A DNA stretch of 64,000 nt from an uncultured delta proteobacterium (GTDB taxonomy: Bacteria > Myxococcota_A > Polyangia > Polyangiales > B10-G4), in the NCBI GenBank assembly GCA_963727445.1, contig CAVSGI010000004.1, forward strand, positions 160,001-224,000, given 5' to 3'. The position numbers were made by a program, and so were the translations under genes. Positions 9,884 through 19,337 of the stretch are shown here, piece after piece. The notes below the pieces were generated by a model. The model saw nothing but the letters and a program-made list of their open reading frames with translations. It made no database searches and was not told where the DNA came from. Within the stretch, counting starts at the first letter, position 1, and each line of letters opens with the position of its first letter.

Positions 9884-12541
9884 GTGAAACGGAGAGAATC
9901 GAGGAGGACCGAGAGATCGGTCGCGGACATCTGCATGGGCAGCGTGTGGGCGTCCCTGTGCTTTTGCGCCCTGTCACCGAGCGTCCGGGCGCAAGAGGCG
10001 CCGGAGCCCAGCTCCGAAGAGGAAACGCCCGCGCCGACGCCGGACAGCCCACCGGCGCCGGCGAGGCTCGAGATCACGCCGCCCGAGGTCGAGGAGCGCG
10101 CCGACGCGGTCTACCCGGAGGCGGCCTTCGAGGAGGGCCGCGAAGCGACCGTCGTGCTCCTCGTCACGGTGGACGCGGAGGGCCGCGTGAGCGAGGCCAG
10201 CGTCGCGGAGTCCGGGGGACCGGCCTTCGACGCGGCCGCCCTCGACGCCATCGCGGGCTGGCGTTTCGCCCCCGCGCGCCGGGAGGGTACCCCCGTCGCC
10301 AGCCGCATCCGCGTGCCCTTCGCGTTTCGCATGCCGGCTCTGGCCGTCGCAGCAGAGGAGACCACGCCTTCGGCCCAGGCAGCGGGAAGGGGGCAGGCAG
10401 CGGAGGAAGCAGCGGAGCCCGCCGCGTCGCGGAGCCCGACCGCGGAGGACGAGGCGCCGCTCGAGGTGGTGGTCGAAGGCCGGCGCCAGCTCCGGACGGA
10501 GGATCGCAGCGCGAGCGACTTCGAGCTCGACCGCGAGGTGATCGAGGCGGCGCCTCGACAGGAGGGCGCGGAGGTCCTGCGCTCCGCGCCCGGTCTCTAC
10601 CTCGGTCGCGGCGAGGGCCTCGCGGTGGCCCACAACTACGTGCTGCGCGGCTTCGACGCGGAGCACGGGCAGGACATCGAGTTTCGGGTCGGCGGCCTGC
10701 CCATCAACATGCGCTCCCACATCCACGGCCAGGGCTATGCGGACATCGGCTTCCTGATCGCCGACGTGGTCCAGGGGCTGCACGTCAGTGAGGGAGTCTA
10801 CGATCCCCGGCAGGGCGACTTCGCCGTGGCCGGCTCCATCGACGTCTCCCTCGGCGTGAGCGAGGCGAACCGCGGCGTGCGCCTGCGTTCGGGCTATGGC
10901 GCCTTCAACACCTTCGAGGAGCTCGCGATGTGGGCACCGCGCGAGGCGTCCGAGGAGTCCTTCGGCGCGGTTCGATACGTTCACACCGACGGCTTCGGGC
11001 AGAACCGCGCGGGGCAGAGTGGCAGCGGCATCTTCCAGCATCGCTTCGGCACCGGCGACACCACCTTCCGCGCCATCGGCATCGTCCACGCGGCGCGCTC
11101 GAAGCTCGCCGGCGTCGTCCGGCAGGACGACGTCGACGCGGGGCGCGTCTGCTACTACTGCGTGTACCCCTATCCGACGGCGCAGGCTCAGAACGCCATG
11201 GCCGGGCGCGTCCTCGTCGGGCTCTTCGCCGACCATCAGAACGACGCCGGAGCCAACGGTCAGCTGGGGGTGTACCTCGGCTACGACGATTTCCGGATCC
11301 AGCGGAACTTCACCGGCTTCATCGAGCAGTCGCAGACCCTGTCCCGGGTGGCGGGCCGGGGGGATCTCATCGAGCAGCAGAACCGGACGCTGTCGGTGGG
11401 GCTCACGGGGCGCTATCGAAGCGCGCCCTTGCGCCCGACCGGATGGGCGCACGGCACCGTCGAGCTCGGGGTCGACGGGCGCGTCGACGTGATCGATCAG
11501 GCTCAGAACCTCCTCGACGCCGCGGTTCGGAACCAGACCTGGGATCGCCGGGTCGACGCCGGCGTGCGCGCCATGGACATCGGGTTGTACGGCGACCTCG
11601 ACTGGCGGCTCACGGACTACGTCCGGGCGCGCCTGGGCTTCCGCGGTGACCTGCTCTCGTACGACGTGGACGACCGCCTGGGTAACTACGCTCCCCTCAC
11701 ACGGCCGCACGACTCCTACGTCGTCGGCTTCCGTCGGAGCGCCCTCGGCCTCGCCTTCGGCCCGCGGGCCAGCTTCGAGGTCGCGCCCCTGTCGTGGCTC
11801 GCGGTGGTGGCTGCCTATGGCGAGGGCTATCGTTCGCCACAGGCCCGTACCCTCGAGGACGGGGAGGATGCGCCCTTCACGAAGGTGCGCTCGGCCGATC
11901 TCGGCATGCGCTTCGACTGGGGCGCGCCGCTCCAGCTGACGGTGGGCGGCTACTACACCCACCTCTCGGACGACGTGATCTTCGATGCCGCCGAGGCTCG
12001 CCTCGAGCGCGTTGGTGCCACGCAGCGCATGGGCGCCGTCGTCACGGCCACGACGCGCCCGGTCGATTGGCTGCTCGGCTCGGCGTCCTTCACCTTCGTC
12101 GACGCCACGCTCCTTCAGCCACCGCCGGCGACCGCGGAAGAGCCGGACCCGCCCTTCGTCGAGGGCCAGAGCCTGGCGTTCGTTCCGCCCGTCGTCGTTC
12201 GCGTGGACCTCGCGGCGCGCCGCGAGCTCGCGCAGGCCTTCGGGCGCGCCCTGTCCGGTCGCATCGGCGTAGGGCTGTCCTACATGTCGCCGCGGCCGCT
12301 GCCCTACGGGACGCTGTCCAACCCGGTCGTGCTCCTCGATGGTTCGGCGGAGCTCGACTGGGGCCCTCTGGCGCTCACCTTCTCGGTCTTCAACGCGCTC
12401 GGCTCGCAGTACGCCGCCGTGCCCTACGAGCTCGCCTCCGACTGGAACCCGACCGACGGGGTCCGTCCGCGAACGCCCACGCGCCACCTCTCCGCCGGCG
12501 CGCCTCTGTCCTGGATGCTCTCGCTGGGGATCACGCTATGA
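9884..12541 (+). CDS. TonB-dependent receptor with N-terminal TonB C-terminal domain
   Basis: Signal peptide, then YPEAA...VVLLVTVDAEG...AFDAAAL...WRFAPA (TonB_C), plug LRGFDAEHGQDIE...HIHGQGYAD...GVYDPRQGDFAVAG, and a beta-barrel. Start uncertain (GTG 9884 or ATG 9935). Confidence 0.9.
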   Translation: MKRRESRRTERSVADICMGSVWASLCFCALSPSVRAQEAPEPSSEEETPAPTPDSPPAPARLEITPPEVEERADAVYPEAAFEEGREATVVLLVTVDAEGRVSEASVAESGGPAFDAAALDAIAGWRFAPARREGTPVASRIRVPFAFRMPALAVAAEETTPSAQAAGRGQAAEEAAEPAASRSPTAEDEAPLEVVVEGRRQLRTEDRSASDFELDREVIEAAPRQEGAEVLRSAPGLYLGRGEGLAVAHNYVLRGFDAEHGQDIEFRVGGLPINMRSHIHGQGYADIGFLIADVVQGLHVSEGVYDPRQGDFAVAGSIDVSLGVSEANRGVRLRSGYGAFNTFEELAMWAPREASEESFGAVRYVHTDGFGQNRAGQSGSGIFQHRFGTGDTTFRAIGIVHAARSKLAGVVRQDDVDAGRVCYYCVYPYPTAQAQNAMAGRVLVGLFADHQNDAGANGQLGVYLGYDDFRIQRNFTGFIEQSQTLSRVAGRGDLIEQQNRTLSVGLTGRYRSAPLRPTGWAHGTVELGVDGRVDVIDQAQNLLDAAVRNQTWDRRVDAGVRAMDIGLYGDLDWRLTDYVRARLGFRGDLLSYDVDDRLGNYAPLTRPHDSYVVGFRRSALGLAFGPRASFEVAPLSWLAVVAAYGEGYRSPQARTLEDGEDAPFTKVRSADLGMRFDWGAPLQLTVGGYYTHLSDDVIFDAAEARLERVGATQRMGAVVTATTRPVDWLLGSASFTFVDATLLQPPPATAEEPDPPFVEGQSLAFVPPVVVRVDLAARRELAQAFGRALSGRIGVGLSYMSPRPLPYGTLSNPVVLLDGSAELDWGPLALTFSVFNALGSQYAAVPYELASDWNPTDGVRPRTPTRHLSAGAPLSWMLSLGITL

Positions 12542-13422
12542 GACCCGGCCACACCCACACGGGCTTCGCCCTGTGCCTCGGGTCGGCGCTCGCTCTGACG
12601 GTGGGCTGCATCGGCACGAGCCAGGAGGAGGTGCAGATCCCCATCCTCGTCGCCGGCACGGACGTCTCGGACGGAGCCACCGCCCGCGACGCGGTGCGCG
12701 TCACGATCACCCGCGCCAATCTCGCCTTCGGTCCCCTCTACCTCTGCCCCGGCAATCAGGCGGGGGCGCTCTGCGACACCGCGCGCCTCGAGTGGCTCGA
12801 CTCGGTCGTGATCGATACGACCAATCCGGAGGCCGTGGACGCCGGCGAGCTCATCGGGATCAGCGGGCCGGTGCGCTCGTGGATGTACGACCTCGGCATC
12901 AGCTCCCAGCTCACACGCGAGGACCCCTTCGTCCTCGACGCCGCGATGGAGCTCGGCGACGCCTCTCTCCTCCTCGAAGGCGCAGCCGAGGCGGGCGGCC
13001 AGCTCCTGCCATTCAGCGCATCGGTGCCAGTGCAGCAGACCGGGGACACCGAGCTCGGCATCCCCGTGATCCGCAAGAGCACCACCGACCCCTTTTCGCA
13101 CGACGTGGCCGGCGACGAGGCGGGGCTTGTCGTTCGCTTCGATCCCCGCTCGCTCTTCGTGAACGTCGACTTCGGCGCGTACGTCGAGGACGTGGCTTGC
13201 GCCCCCGATGGACCCGAGGTGAGGTGTGGGGGCTCGGTCGAGCAGCGCTGCGCTCCGGACGGGAGCATCGCGACGAGCCGCGACTGCGCCGACGAGGGCC
13301 AGGTCTGCGTCGCCGGGGTGGGCTGCGCGAACGAGATCGAGATCGACGCTTCGAGCGAGGCCTTCAGGGCCATCCGCAACGGACTGGTCTCGGGACGACG
13401 CCCCACCTTCGAGTGGCTTTGA
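12538..13422 (+). CDS. Receptor-associated lipoprotein with Cys-rich C-terminal region
   Basis: ATGA overlap with the receptor stop, lipobox LTVGC, AFGPLYLC motif. Confidence 0.75.
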   Translation: MRPGHTHTGFALCLGSALALTVGCIGTSQEEVQIPILVAGTDVSDGATARDAVRVTITRANLAFGPLYLCPGNQAGALCDTARLEWLDSVVIDTTNPEAVDAGELIGISGPVRSWMYDLGISSQLTREDPFVLDAAMELGDASLLLEGAAEAGGQLLPFSASVPVQQTGDTELGIPVIRKSTTDPFSHDVAGDEAGLVVRFDPRSLFVNVDFGAYVEDVACAPDGPEVRCGGSVEQRCAPDGSIATSRDCADEGQVCVAGVGCANEIEIDASSEAFRAIRNGLVSGRRPTFEWL

Positions 13423-13435
13423 AGAGGACGCGCAC

Positions 13436-14404
13436 ATGCATGACGAAAGAAGAAAACGGGCGATGGCAGCGGTGGTGACGCTCGCACTGGCGGCCTGCGG
13501 AGAGGGCGGCGGCTCGGGCGAGGTGGTGGTGCTCCTCGAGGCGGAGGACAGCATCACAGGGGGTATCGAGGCCGGCGCCGGCGTCGAGAACATCGCCGAC
13601 GGATGGAGTGTCCGCTTCGATGCGCTCGATGTCGCCATCGGCGGAATCGAGATCCACCTCTCGACCGACGACAGCGTTCGCGCCCGCGCTCCGGACGTCT
13701 TCGTCGTCGACCTCGTGCAGGTGTCCGAATCCGGGATGCCGATGTGGACCCTCGATGGGCTCGAGGCCGCGCGTTGGGAGTTCTTCTTCGAAACCCCGGC
13801 GGCCGACGCCTCGGCGATACGCGACCTCTCGGTCGTCGAGGCCCACTACGAAGCCATGGTTGCCAGCGGCTGGACGTATTTCGTCGATGGGGTGCTCACG
13901 AAGCCCGATGGTCAGTCGTGCCCGCCTTCCTCTCTCGCCGAGCCCGGCGACGCGGCGCCGAACGGCAACGTGGTCGATGGCAACCCCTGCTACGACGCCG
14001 AGACGGTCCGCTTCACCTTCGGCGCGGCCGCGGCGGTGCGCTTTGGTCCATGCGAGATCGACGGTGTGCCGGGCTTCGCGGTTCCCGACGCTGGCGGGGC
14101 GACTGTCGCGACGACGATCCACGGCGACCACATCTTCTTCAACGGCTTCCCGGAGGGGAACGAGAGCGGCACGATGCGCCTCGCGCAGTGGCTCGCGGAC
14201 TGCGACCTCGATCTCGACGGCACCGTCACCGCGGAAGAGCTGGCATCGATCGCGCCCTCGGATCTCGCGGAGCTGGACGACCGCTTTCAGCTCGGCGCCC
14301 CTCCCATCACGCCGCTGGACGACATGCTGACCTACGTGAGGGCGCAGCTCGAGAGCCAGGGACATTTCCAGGGCGAGGGCGAATGCCCCTTCATCGGACT
14401 CTGA
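13436..14404 (+). CDS. Receptor-associated acidic lipoprotein, candidate metal-binding
   Basis: GAGGA RBS, lipobox LAAC, TIHGDHIFF, EF-hand-like DLDLDGTVTAEEL, C-terminal HFQGEGEC. Confidence 0.75.
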   Translation: MHDERRKRAMAAVVTLALAACGEGGGSGEVVVLLEAEDSITGGIEAGAGVENIADGWSVRFDALDVAIGGIEIHLSTDDSVRARAPDVFVVDLVQVSESGMPMWTLDGLEAARWEFFFETPAADASAIRDLSVVEAHYEAMVASGWTYFVDGVLTKPDGQSCPPSSLAEPGDAAPNGNVVDGNPCYDAETVRFTFGAAAAVRFGPCEIDGVPGFAVPDAGGATVATTIHGDHIFFNGFPEGNESGTMRLAQWLADCDLDLDGTVTAEELASIAPSDLAELDDRFQLGAPPITPLDDMLTYVRAQLESQGHFQGEGECPFIGL

Positions 14405-14405
14405 G

Positions 14406-15107
14406 ATGAACACCGTCGAAATCATCAAGCACTTCTTCATCGGGGCCGGCGCTGGCTGGGTCCTGTGGCTGCTCGCGGCTCTGTCGATCGTGAGCGTGGC
14501 GCTCTTCGTCGAGCGCTGGCTCTTCTACCGTGCGCGGGAGGGCGACCTGCGCGCCCTCGCGGAGCAGCTGGCGCGGCGCCTCGAAGCGCGCGAGCTCGCG
14601 GTCGCGGTGGAGGAGCTCGGGCGGTCGCAGGCGGTCTCGGCGTCGATCGCGGCCGCAGGGCTGCGCCTCGGGCACCTGGGCGCGGCCGCGGCCGATAGGG
14701 CGATGCAGAGCGCGCTGGCGCTCGAGCGCGACCGCCTCGAGCGCAGGCTCGCCTACCTCGGGACGCTCGGGAACAACGCACCCTTCATCGGCCTCTTCGG
14801 CACGGTGATCGGCGTGATCCTCGCCTTCGAAGAGCTCGGGCACGGGGCCGCCGGACACGCGAGCAGCGCCGCCGGTCAGGTGGCGTCTCAGGGCGTGATG
14901 ACAGCGATCGCCGAGGCACTGGTGGCGACGGCGGTGGGGATCGCCGTCGCGCTCCCAGCGGTCGCCGCGTACAACTACCTCCAGCGCCGCGTCGCGTCGC
15001 TCCTCTCCGGTTCCGAGGTGCTGTCGAACCTCGTCCTCGCGTACCTCTCCGGCGACGACCTCGGGTCTGCCCCCGGCGACGACGCGAGGTCAGGCGGGGC
15101 GTCCTGA
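14406..15107 (+). CDS. exbB: MotA/TolQ/ExbB proton channel
   Basis: LGTLGNNAPFIGLFGTVIG...IAEALVATAVGIAVALPA. Confidence 0.92.
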   Translation: MNTVEIIKHFFIGAGAGWVLWLLAALSIVSVALFVERWLFYRAREGDLRALAEQLARRLEARELAVAVEELGRSQAVSASIAAAGLRLGHLGAAAADRAMQSALALERDRLERRLAYLGTLGNNAPFIGLFGTVIGVILAFEELGHGAAGHASSAAGQVASQGVMTAIAEALVATAVGIAVALPAVAAYNYLQRRVASLLSGSEVLSNLVLAYLSGDDLGSAPGDDARSGGAS

Positions 15108-15108
15108 G

Positions 15109-15528
15109 ATGGGTGGTCAACAGGAGCGGCCGGGTCAGCTGATCTCCGGCATCAACGTGACGCCGCTGGTCGACATCTCGTTGGTGCTGCTGGTCATCTT
15201 CATCGTCACCGCCAAGATCATGGTGACCCCGGCCATCCCGATGGACCTGCCGCGCGCGACCGAGAGCGAGGAGGTGCAGGTCGTGTTCTCGGTCCTGGTT
15301 CCTGACGCAGGTCCGACCCTCGTGGATGGAGAGCCGGTGCTCGACGACGAGGGCCTCGTGCAGCTCGCGCACGAGGCCCTCGCGCGCGACCCGGAGGTTC
15401 GCGCCGTCGTCAGCGCCGACGGGTCCGTGCCGCACCGCCGCGTGATGCACGTCCTCGATCTCCTCGAGCAGGGTGGCATCGCGCGCGTGGCCTTCGGCAC
15501 TCTGCCAGCCGAGGAGGGCGCGCGTTGA
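15109..15528 (+). CDS. exbD: ExbD/TolR biopolymer transport protein
   Basis: INVTPLVDISLVLLVIFIV...ADGSVPHRRVMHVLD. Confidence 0.92.
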   Translation: MGGQQERPGQLISGINVTPLVDISLVLLVIFIVTAKIMVTPAIPMDLPRATESEEVQVVFSVLVPDAGPTLVDGEPVLDDEGLVQLAHEALARDPEVRAVVSADGSVPHRRVMHVLDLLEQGGIARVAFGTLPAEEGAR

Positions 15529-16391
15529 GACCCGGCCGCGCCGCCGCCGATCCGTCGCCCGGCGCCGACGAACGTATCGTCGACGTCGTCTTCGGCACGT
15601 CGGCTCCAGGTCGTCGCCGGCGCTACGGTGTGGCCGTGGCCCTCGCCATCGGTCTGCACACCGTCCTCGGCGCGTTGGCGCTCGGCGTCGAGCCGTCGCT
15701 GGAGTCGTGGAGCTCGGCGCTCGCGTTGCGGGTGCACACGGAGCTGAGCCGGGAGGGGATCATCGAGCTCCCAGAGCCGCCACGGCCCGCGGCGGAGAAG
15801 CCGCCCCAGGAGCCGCCGGAGCCCCCGCCGGAGCGTGTCCCTGGGCCGAATCCGCCCGCCCGCAGCGCGGCCCCCGCGCGGCCGGCGCGAGCCGAGCCAC
15901 CACCCCCCGCCCGCGCCGGCCGGATCCTCGCGCACGAGCCCGATCCGCTCGCTCCCGTCGACATGACGGCGAGCACCTTCGTGGTGGGGGAGGCCGCCGC
16001 TTACGCGGGCGGCGTCACGACGGCCCGCGGCACGAACGAGACAGCGGTGCGCTCGCACGACGTCGCGCCCCCCCCGGCCGCGCCCTCGCCGCTGTCCGCG
16101 GGCGAGCCGGACCGCTCCGCTCCGGTCGGCCTGCCCACCGGGCGCTGGAGCTGTCCGTGGCCTACCGAGGCCGATGACGCGGACATCAACGAGCAGACCG
16201 TCGTGATCCGCGTGGACGTCCGCCCCGACGGAACGGTCGCATCCGCGACGCTGGTCGACGATCCCGGTCACGGCTTCGGCACCGCCGCGCTGGCGTGCGC
16301 CCGACGGGCGCGCTTCACGCCCGCCCGAGACGAGCGAGGGCAGCCCATCGCGTCGCGTTCGCCGCCAGTGCGCGTGAGGTTTCACCGGTGA
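15525..16391 (+). CDS. tonB: Energy transducer TonB
   Basis: N-terminal TM helix with His, Pro-rich linker, C-terminal VVIRVDVRPDG...GHGFG...FTPARD. TTGA overlap with exbD. Confidence 0.85.
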   Translation: MRPGRAAADPSPGADERIVDVVFGTSAPGRRRRYGVAVALAIGLHTVLGALALGVEPSLESWSSALALRVHTELSREGIIELPEPPRPAAEKPPQEPPEPPPERVPGPNPPARSAAPARPARAEPPPPARAGRILAHEPDPLAPVDMTASTFVVGEAAAYAGGVTTARGTNETAVRSHDVAPPPAAPSPLSAGEPDRSAPVGLPTGRWSCPWPTEADDADINEQTVVIRVDVRPDGTVASATLVDDPGHGFGTAALACARRARFTPARDERGQPIASRSPPVRVRFHR

Positions 16392-16714
16392 GGGCTCGAG
16401 ACACACGAGAGCGGCGCGCCGCGCCGCCGATCTTCGTCATCATCGCTGTTGCGGTGCTGGTCTCCTCGGGTTGCACCGACACCCGCGCGACCCAACGGGA
16501 CTGCGCGTCGATCCTCGATCGCATCGTCGAGATCGAGATGCGCGAGCGGGGATTTCGGGATCCGGCGCTCGCCGCGCGTCGCCGAGAGGAGCTCAGGCGG
16601 CGCTTCGCCTCCGACCTCGACGGCTGCGTGGGGCGCCCGCTTTCGCGCGGGGCGATGCAATGCGTTCGGGAGGCCCGAACGACGGAGGAGCTCAGCCACG
16701 AATGCCTTCACTGA
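16388..16714 (+). CDS. Small Cys-containing lipoprotein
   Basis: GTGA overlap with tonB, lipobox-like SSGC, four further Cys. Confidence 0.6.
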   Translation: MRARDTRERRAAPPIFVIIAVAVLVSSGCTDTRATQRDCASILDRIVEIEMRERGFRDPALAARRREELRRRFASDLDGCVGRPLSRGAMQCVREARTTEELSHECLH

Positions 16715-16760
16715 GAGGTCTTTGGGTTGCTCGCGGGCCCTCAGGGCGCGACGCTGAGGC

Positions 16761-17195
16761 ATGGTCGACGATCTACGCGAGCTGAAGCAGCGCCTCCGCG
16801 ACGCGGGCCTCCGCGCGACGAGCGCACGCATCGCGGTGCTCCGGGCCCTCGAGACCGGCGACGGTCCCCTCAGCCACGCGGAGGTCTCCGAGTCGGTGGC
16901 GAGCCTCGGCTTCGACCGCGCGACCACCTATCGAAACCTCACGGACCTCTCCGACGCCGGCCTCGCGCGCCGCACCGATCACGGCGACCACGTCTGGCGC
17001 TTCGAGCTCGTGGGCGAGGAGGGCGAGCACGCCGAGCTTCACCCGCATTTCGTCTGCAACGCCTGCGGCATCGTCGCCTGTCTCCCCGAGGGCGCGCTGA
17101 CCGTGCACGGTCGCCGCGGCGTCCCGCGTGCGCTGCGGCGGCGAGACGTCGAGATCCAGGTGCGGGGCCTCTGCGACGAGTGCTCCAGGCGCTAG
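16761..17195 (+). CDS. Fur-family metalloregulator (Zur-like)
   Basis: GLRATSARIAVL...DRATTYRNL...HPHFVCNACG...GLCDEC. Confidence 0.9.
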   Translation: MVDDLRELKQRLRDAGLRATSARIAVLRALETGDGPLSHAEVSESVASLGFDRATTYRNLTDLSDAGLARRTDHGDHVWRFELVGEEGEHAELHPHFVCNACGIVACLPEGALTVHGRRGVPRALRRRDVEIQVRGLCDECSRR

Positions 17196-17242
17196 ACCTT
17201 GCGTGCGCCGCGATCCTCTTGAGGCATTATTGAGATGTAGTG

Positions 17243-18514
17243 CTAGGCGATCCGGCGTAGCTCCTCGGCGACCGCGCCGAGGTCGGGGCGCTCGTCGGGG
17301 TTCTTCGCCAACAGCCTGGCCAGCAGAGCTTCGAGCTCCGGGGGCGTGGCGACGCCGAGCTCGCTCGGCATCGGCGGCGCCTTCGTGAGATGGGCGACGA
17401 GCACCGAAGCGGTGTCGCCCTCGAAGGGGCAGCGGCCGGTGACCATCTCGAAGAGGGTGACGCCGAGGGCGTAGACATCCGTGCGGTGATCGATGTCGCC
17501 TTCGCCGCTGGCCTGCTCGGGGCTCATGTAGCCGGGTGAGCCGAGGACCGCGCCCAGCTGCGTCAGCTTCGGGCCTTCGGAGACGAGCTTCGCGAGGCCG
17601 AAGTCGGTGACCTTCGGCTCGCCCGCCTCGGTCAGGAGCACGTTGCCCGGCTTGAAGTCGCGATGGACGACCTCCTGACCATGCGCGTAGGCGAGGGTCT
17701 CGGCGAGGGCTGCACCGAGCGCCGCGGCGCGCGGCAGCGCGAGCTTGCCCTCTCGGGCGATGAGCGCATCGAGGCCGCCTCCGGAGATGCGCTCCATCGC
17801 CATCCACATCCCCGTCGGCTCTTCGGCGAGGTCGTAGACCTGGACGATGCCCGGATGCTCGAGCTGCGCCAGCACCCGTGCCTCTCGCCGGAAGCGTTCG
17901 GCCGCGTCTCCTCGCAGGCCTCCGCGCGACAGTCGCTTGAGCGCGACGCGGCGGCCGAGCACCGAGTCCTGGGCGTCGTAGACCACGCCCATCCCGCCGC
18001 GGCCGAGCTCGCCCACGATCTCGTAGCGCGCCGGAGGCTTCGGCGCGTCCAGGGAGCCGTCGGCATCGTTCGCGTCAGGAGCCAACGTCGCGCCCAGGGC
18101 ATCGACCGGCTCCACAGCGCCTTCAGGCGCGATCATCGTCGTCGCCAGCTCCTCCTCTTTCCTCCGCACGACGCTCGGCGCATGGAGGACCAGGAGCCCG
18201 GCGGCGGTCCCCAGCCCGCCCAACCACCACGCCGAGACCGCGAGGAAGCTGAGCGCTTCTGCGCCGGGACGCCGCCTCACTCGTCGGCGAAACCAGACCC
18301 GGCGAGTCCTCGGCGGAAGGATCGTGTCGGCGGCCGAGTCGGCGACCCACGGCGCGACGGTGAAGCCGCCGAGCACCACGCAGAACAGCGTGATCTGCGC
18401 GGCGCGAGCCGTCTTCAGCCACTGCTTTCTCAGGCTCGCATCGGCTGCGGCGCGACGCGCAGCAGGCCAGGCCGCGAGGATGCGGGCGCGGAGCTCGGCG
18501 AGCCGATCGCTCAC
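17243..18514 (-). CDS. Membrane-anchored Ser/Thr protein kinase
   Basis: Two N-terminal TM helices, then LGRGGMG, VALK, HRDFKPGN, DFG, YMSPEQ. Confidence 0.92.
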   Translation of the reverse strand: MSDRLAELRARILAAWPAARRAAADASLRKQWLKTARAAQITLFCVVLGGFTVAPWVADSAADTILPPRTRRVWFRRRVRRRPGAEALSFLAVSAWWLGGLGTAAGLLVLHAPSVVRRKEEELATTMIAPEGAVEPVDALGATLAPDANDADGSLDAPKPPARYEIVGELGRGGMGVVYDAQDSVLGRRVALKRLSRGGLRGDAAERFRREARVLAQLEHPGIVQVYDLAEEPTGMWMAMERISGGGLDALIAREGKLALPRAAALGAALAETLAYAHGQEVVHRDFKPGNVLLTEAGEPKVTDFGLAKLVSEGPKLTQLGAVLGSPGYMSPEQASGEGDIDHRTDVYALGVTLFEMVTGRCPFEGDTASVLVAHLTKAPPMPSELGVATPPELEALLARLLAKNPDERPDLGAVAEELRRIA

Positions 18515-18525
18515 GCGATCAGGGC

Positions 18526-19110
18526 TCAGTACATCCGCCAGTTGGCCTTCGCCGACGGATTCCAGCTGACCCGCTGGGTGCCGTGGTAGCCCGCGCCGGC
18601 GCGATCCTCGTGAAGGTGCTCACCTGGGCGGGGCGGGTCGGGCCGCTCCGACTTCTTCATGCCGCTGTAGTTGCGCACGCGAGCGACGAGCACCGGGCAG
18701 TGCGCATGGTGGATCAGGTGGGTCGCCACCGAGCCGAGGCTCTTGAGCCCCTTTTCGTCGCGCGTCCCCACGATGATCAGATCCGCATCGTAGTCCGCGG
18801 CCACCTGATTCAGCGCCTCCGTGGGCTCTCCCACGCGGACGTGCACCGAGACGTTGCCGGACTCGAGGCCGACGACCTCGCCCCCCACCTCGCGCACGCG
18901 CTCCCAGATCTTCTCCGGAACGCCTTCCATCGCGGAGTTCATCCGGTCGGTTTCGTTGTCGCCCTTCGCTTTCTTCATCTCGTCCTTGGTGACGACATGC
19001 GTGACGTGCAGGTGGGCGTTTCGCGCGCGGCGCAGCGCCTCGCGAATGGCGCGCCGGCCCGGGTCGCTGAAATCATCCCCTACGACGATGTGTACGAGCT
19101 GATCGGTCAT
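18526..19110 (-). CDS. Universal stress protein
   Basis: IVVGDDFS...ADLIIVGT...LGSVATHLIHHAHCPVLV. Confidence 0.9.
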   Translation of the reverse strand: MTDQLVHIVVGDDFSDPGRRAIREALRRARNAHLHVTHVVTKDEMKKAKGDNETDRMNSAMEGVPEKIWERVREVGGEVVGLESGNVSVHVRVGEPTEALNQVAADYDADLIIVGTRDEKGLKSLGSVATHLIHHAHCPVLVARVRNYSGMKKSERPDPPRPGEHLHEDRAGAGYHGTQRVSWNPSAKANWRMY

Positions 19111-19337
19111 TTCGTCTCCTCGGGCGCCTTTCTACCATCACTTCTGTGGACCAGATAGACACCGAAGAAAAAGGCGCAACGATTTCGCCGTAGCCCTCGA
19201 GCGCGAGCGCCAGGATCAGCGCCCTGTTCACCCGCCGATCCACCCCACCTCCGATTTCGGGGGAAAAGGGAGGTGAAAACGCGACCTGAGCACGGTTCCG
19301 GGGCCCCCCGCGAAGTGGTAGCGTCGCGCCTCGATCC

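Noticed and set aside
9974..12487. 837-aa antisense ORF over the TonB-dependent receptor (similar long shadows at 162-2063, 41196-43310, 48099-50237, 33809-35980, 59402-60928)
   Set aside because: Mirror-frame ORFs are expected in high-GC coding DNA. They have no motifs and lie opposite well-supported genes.
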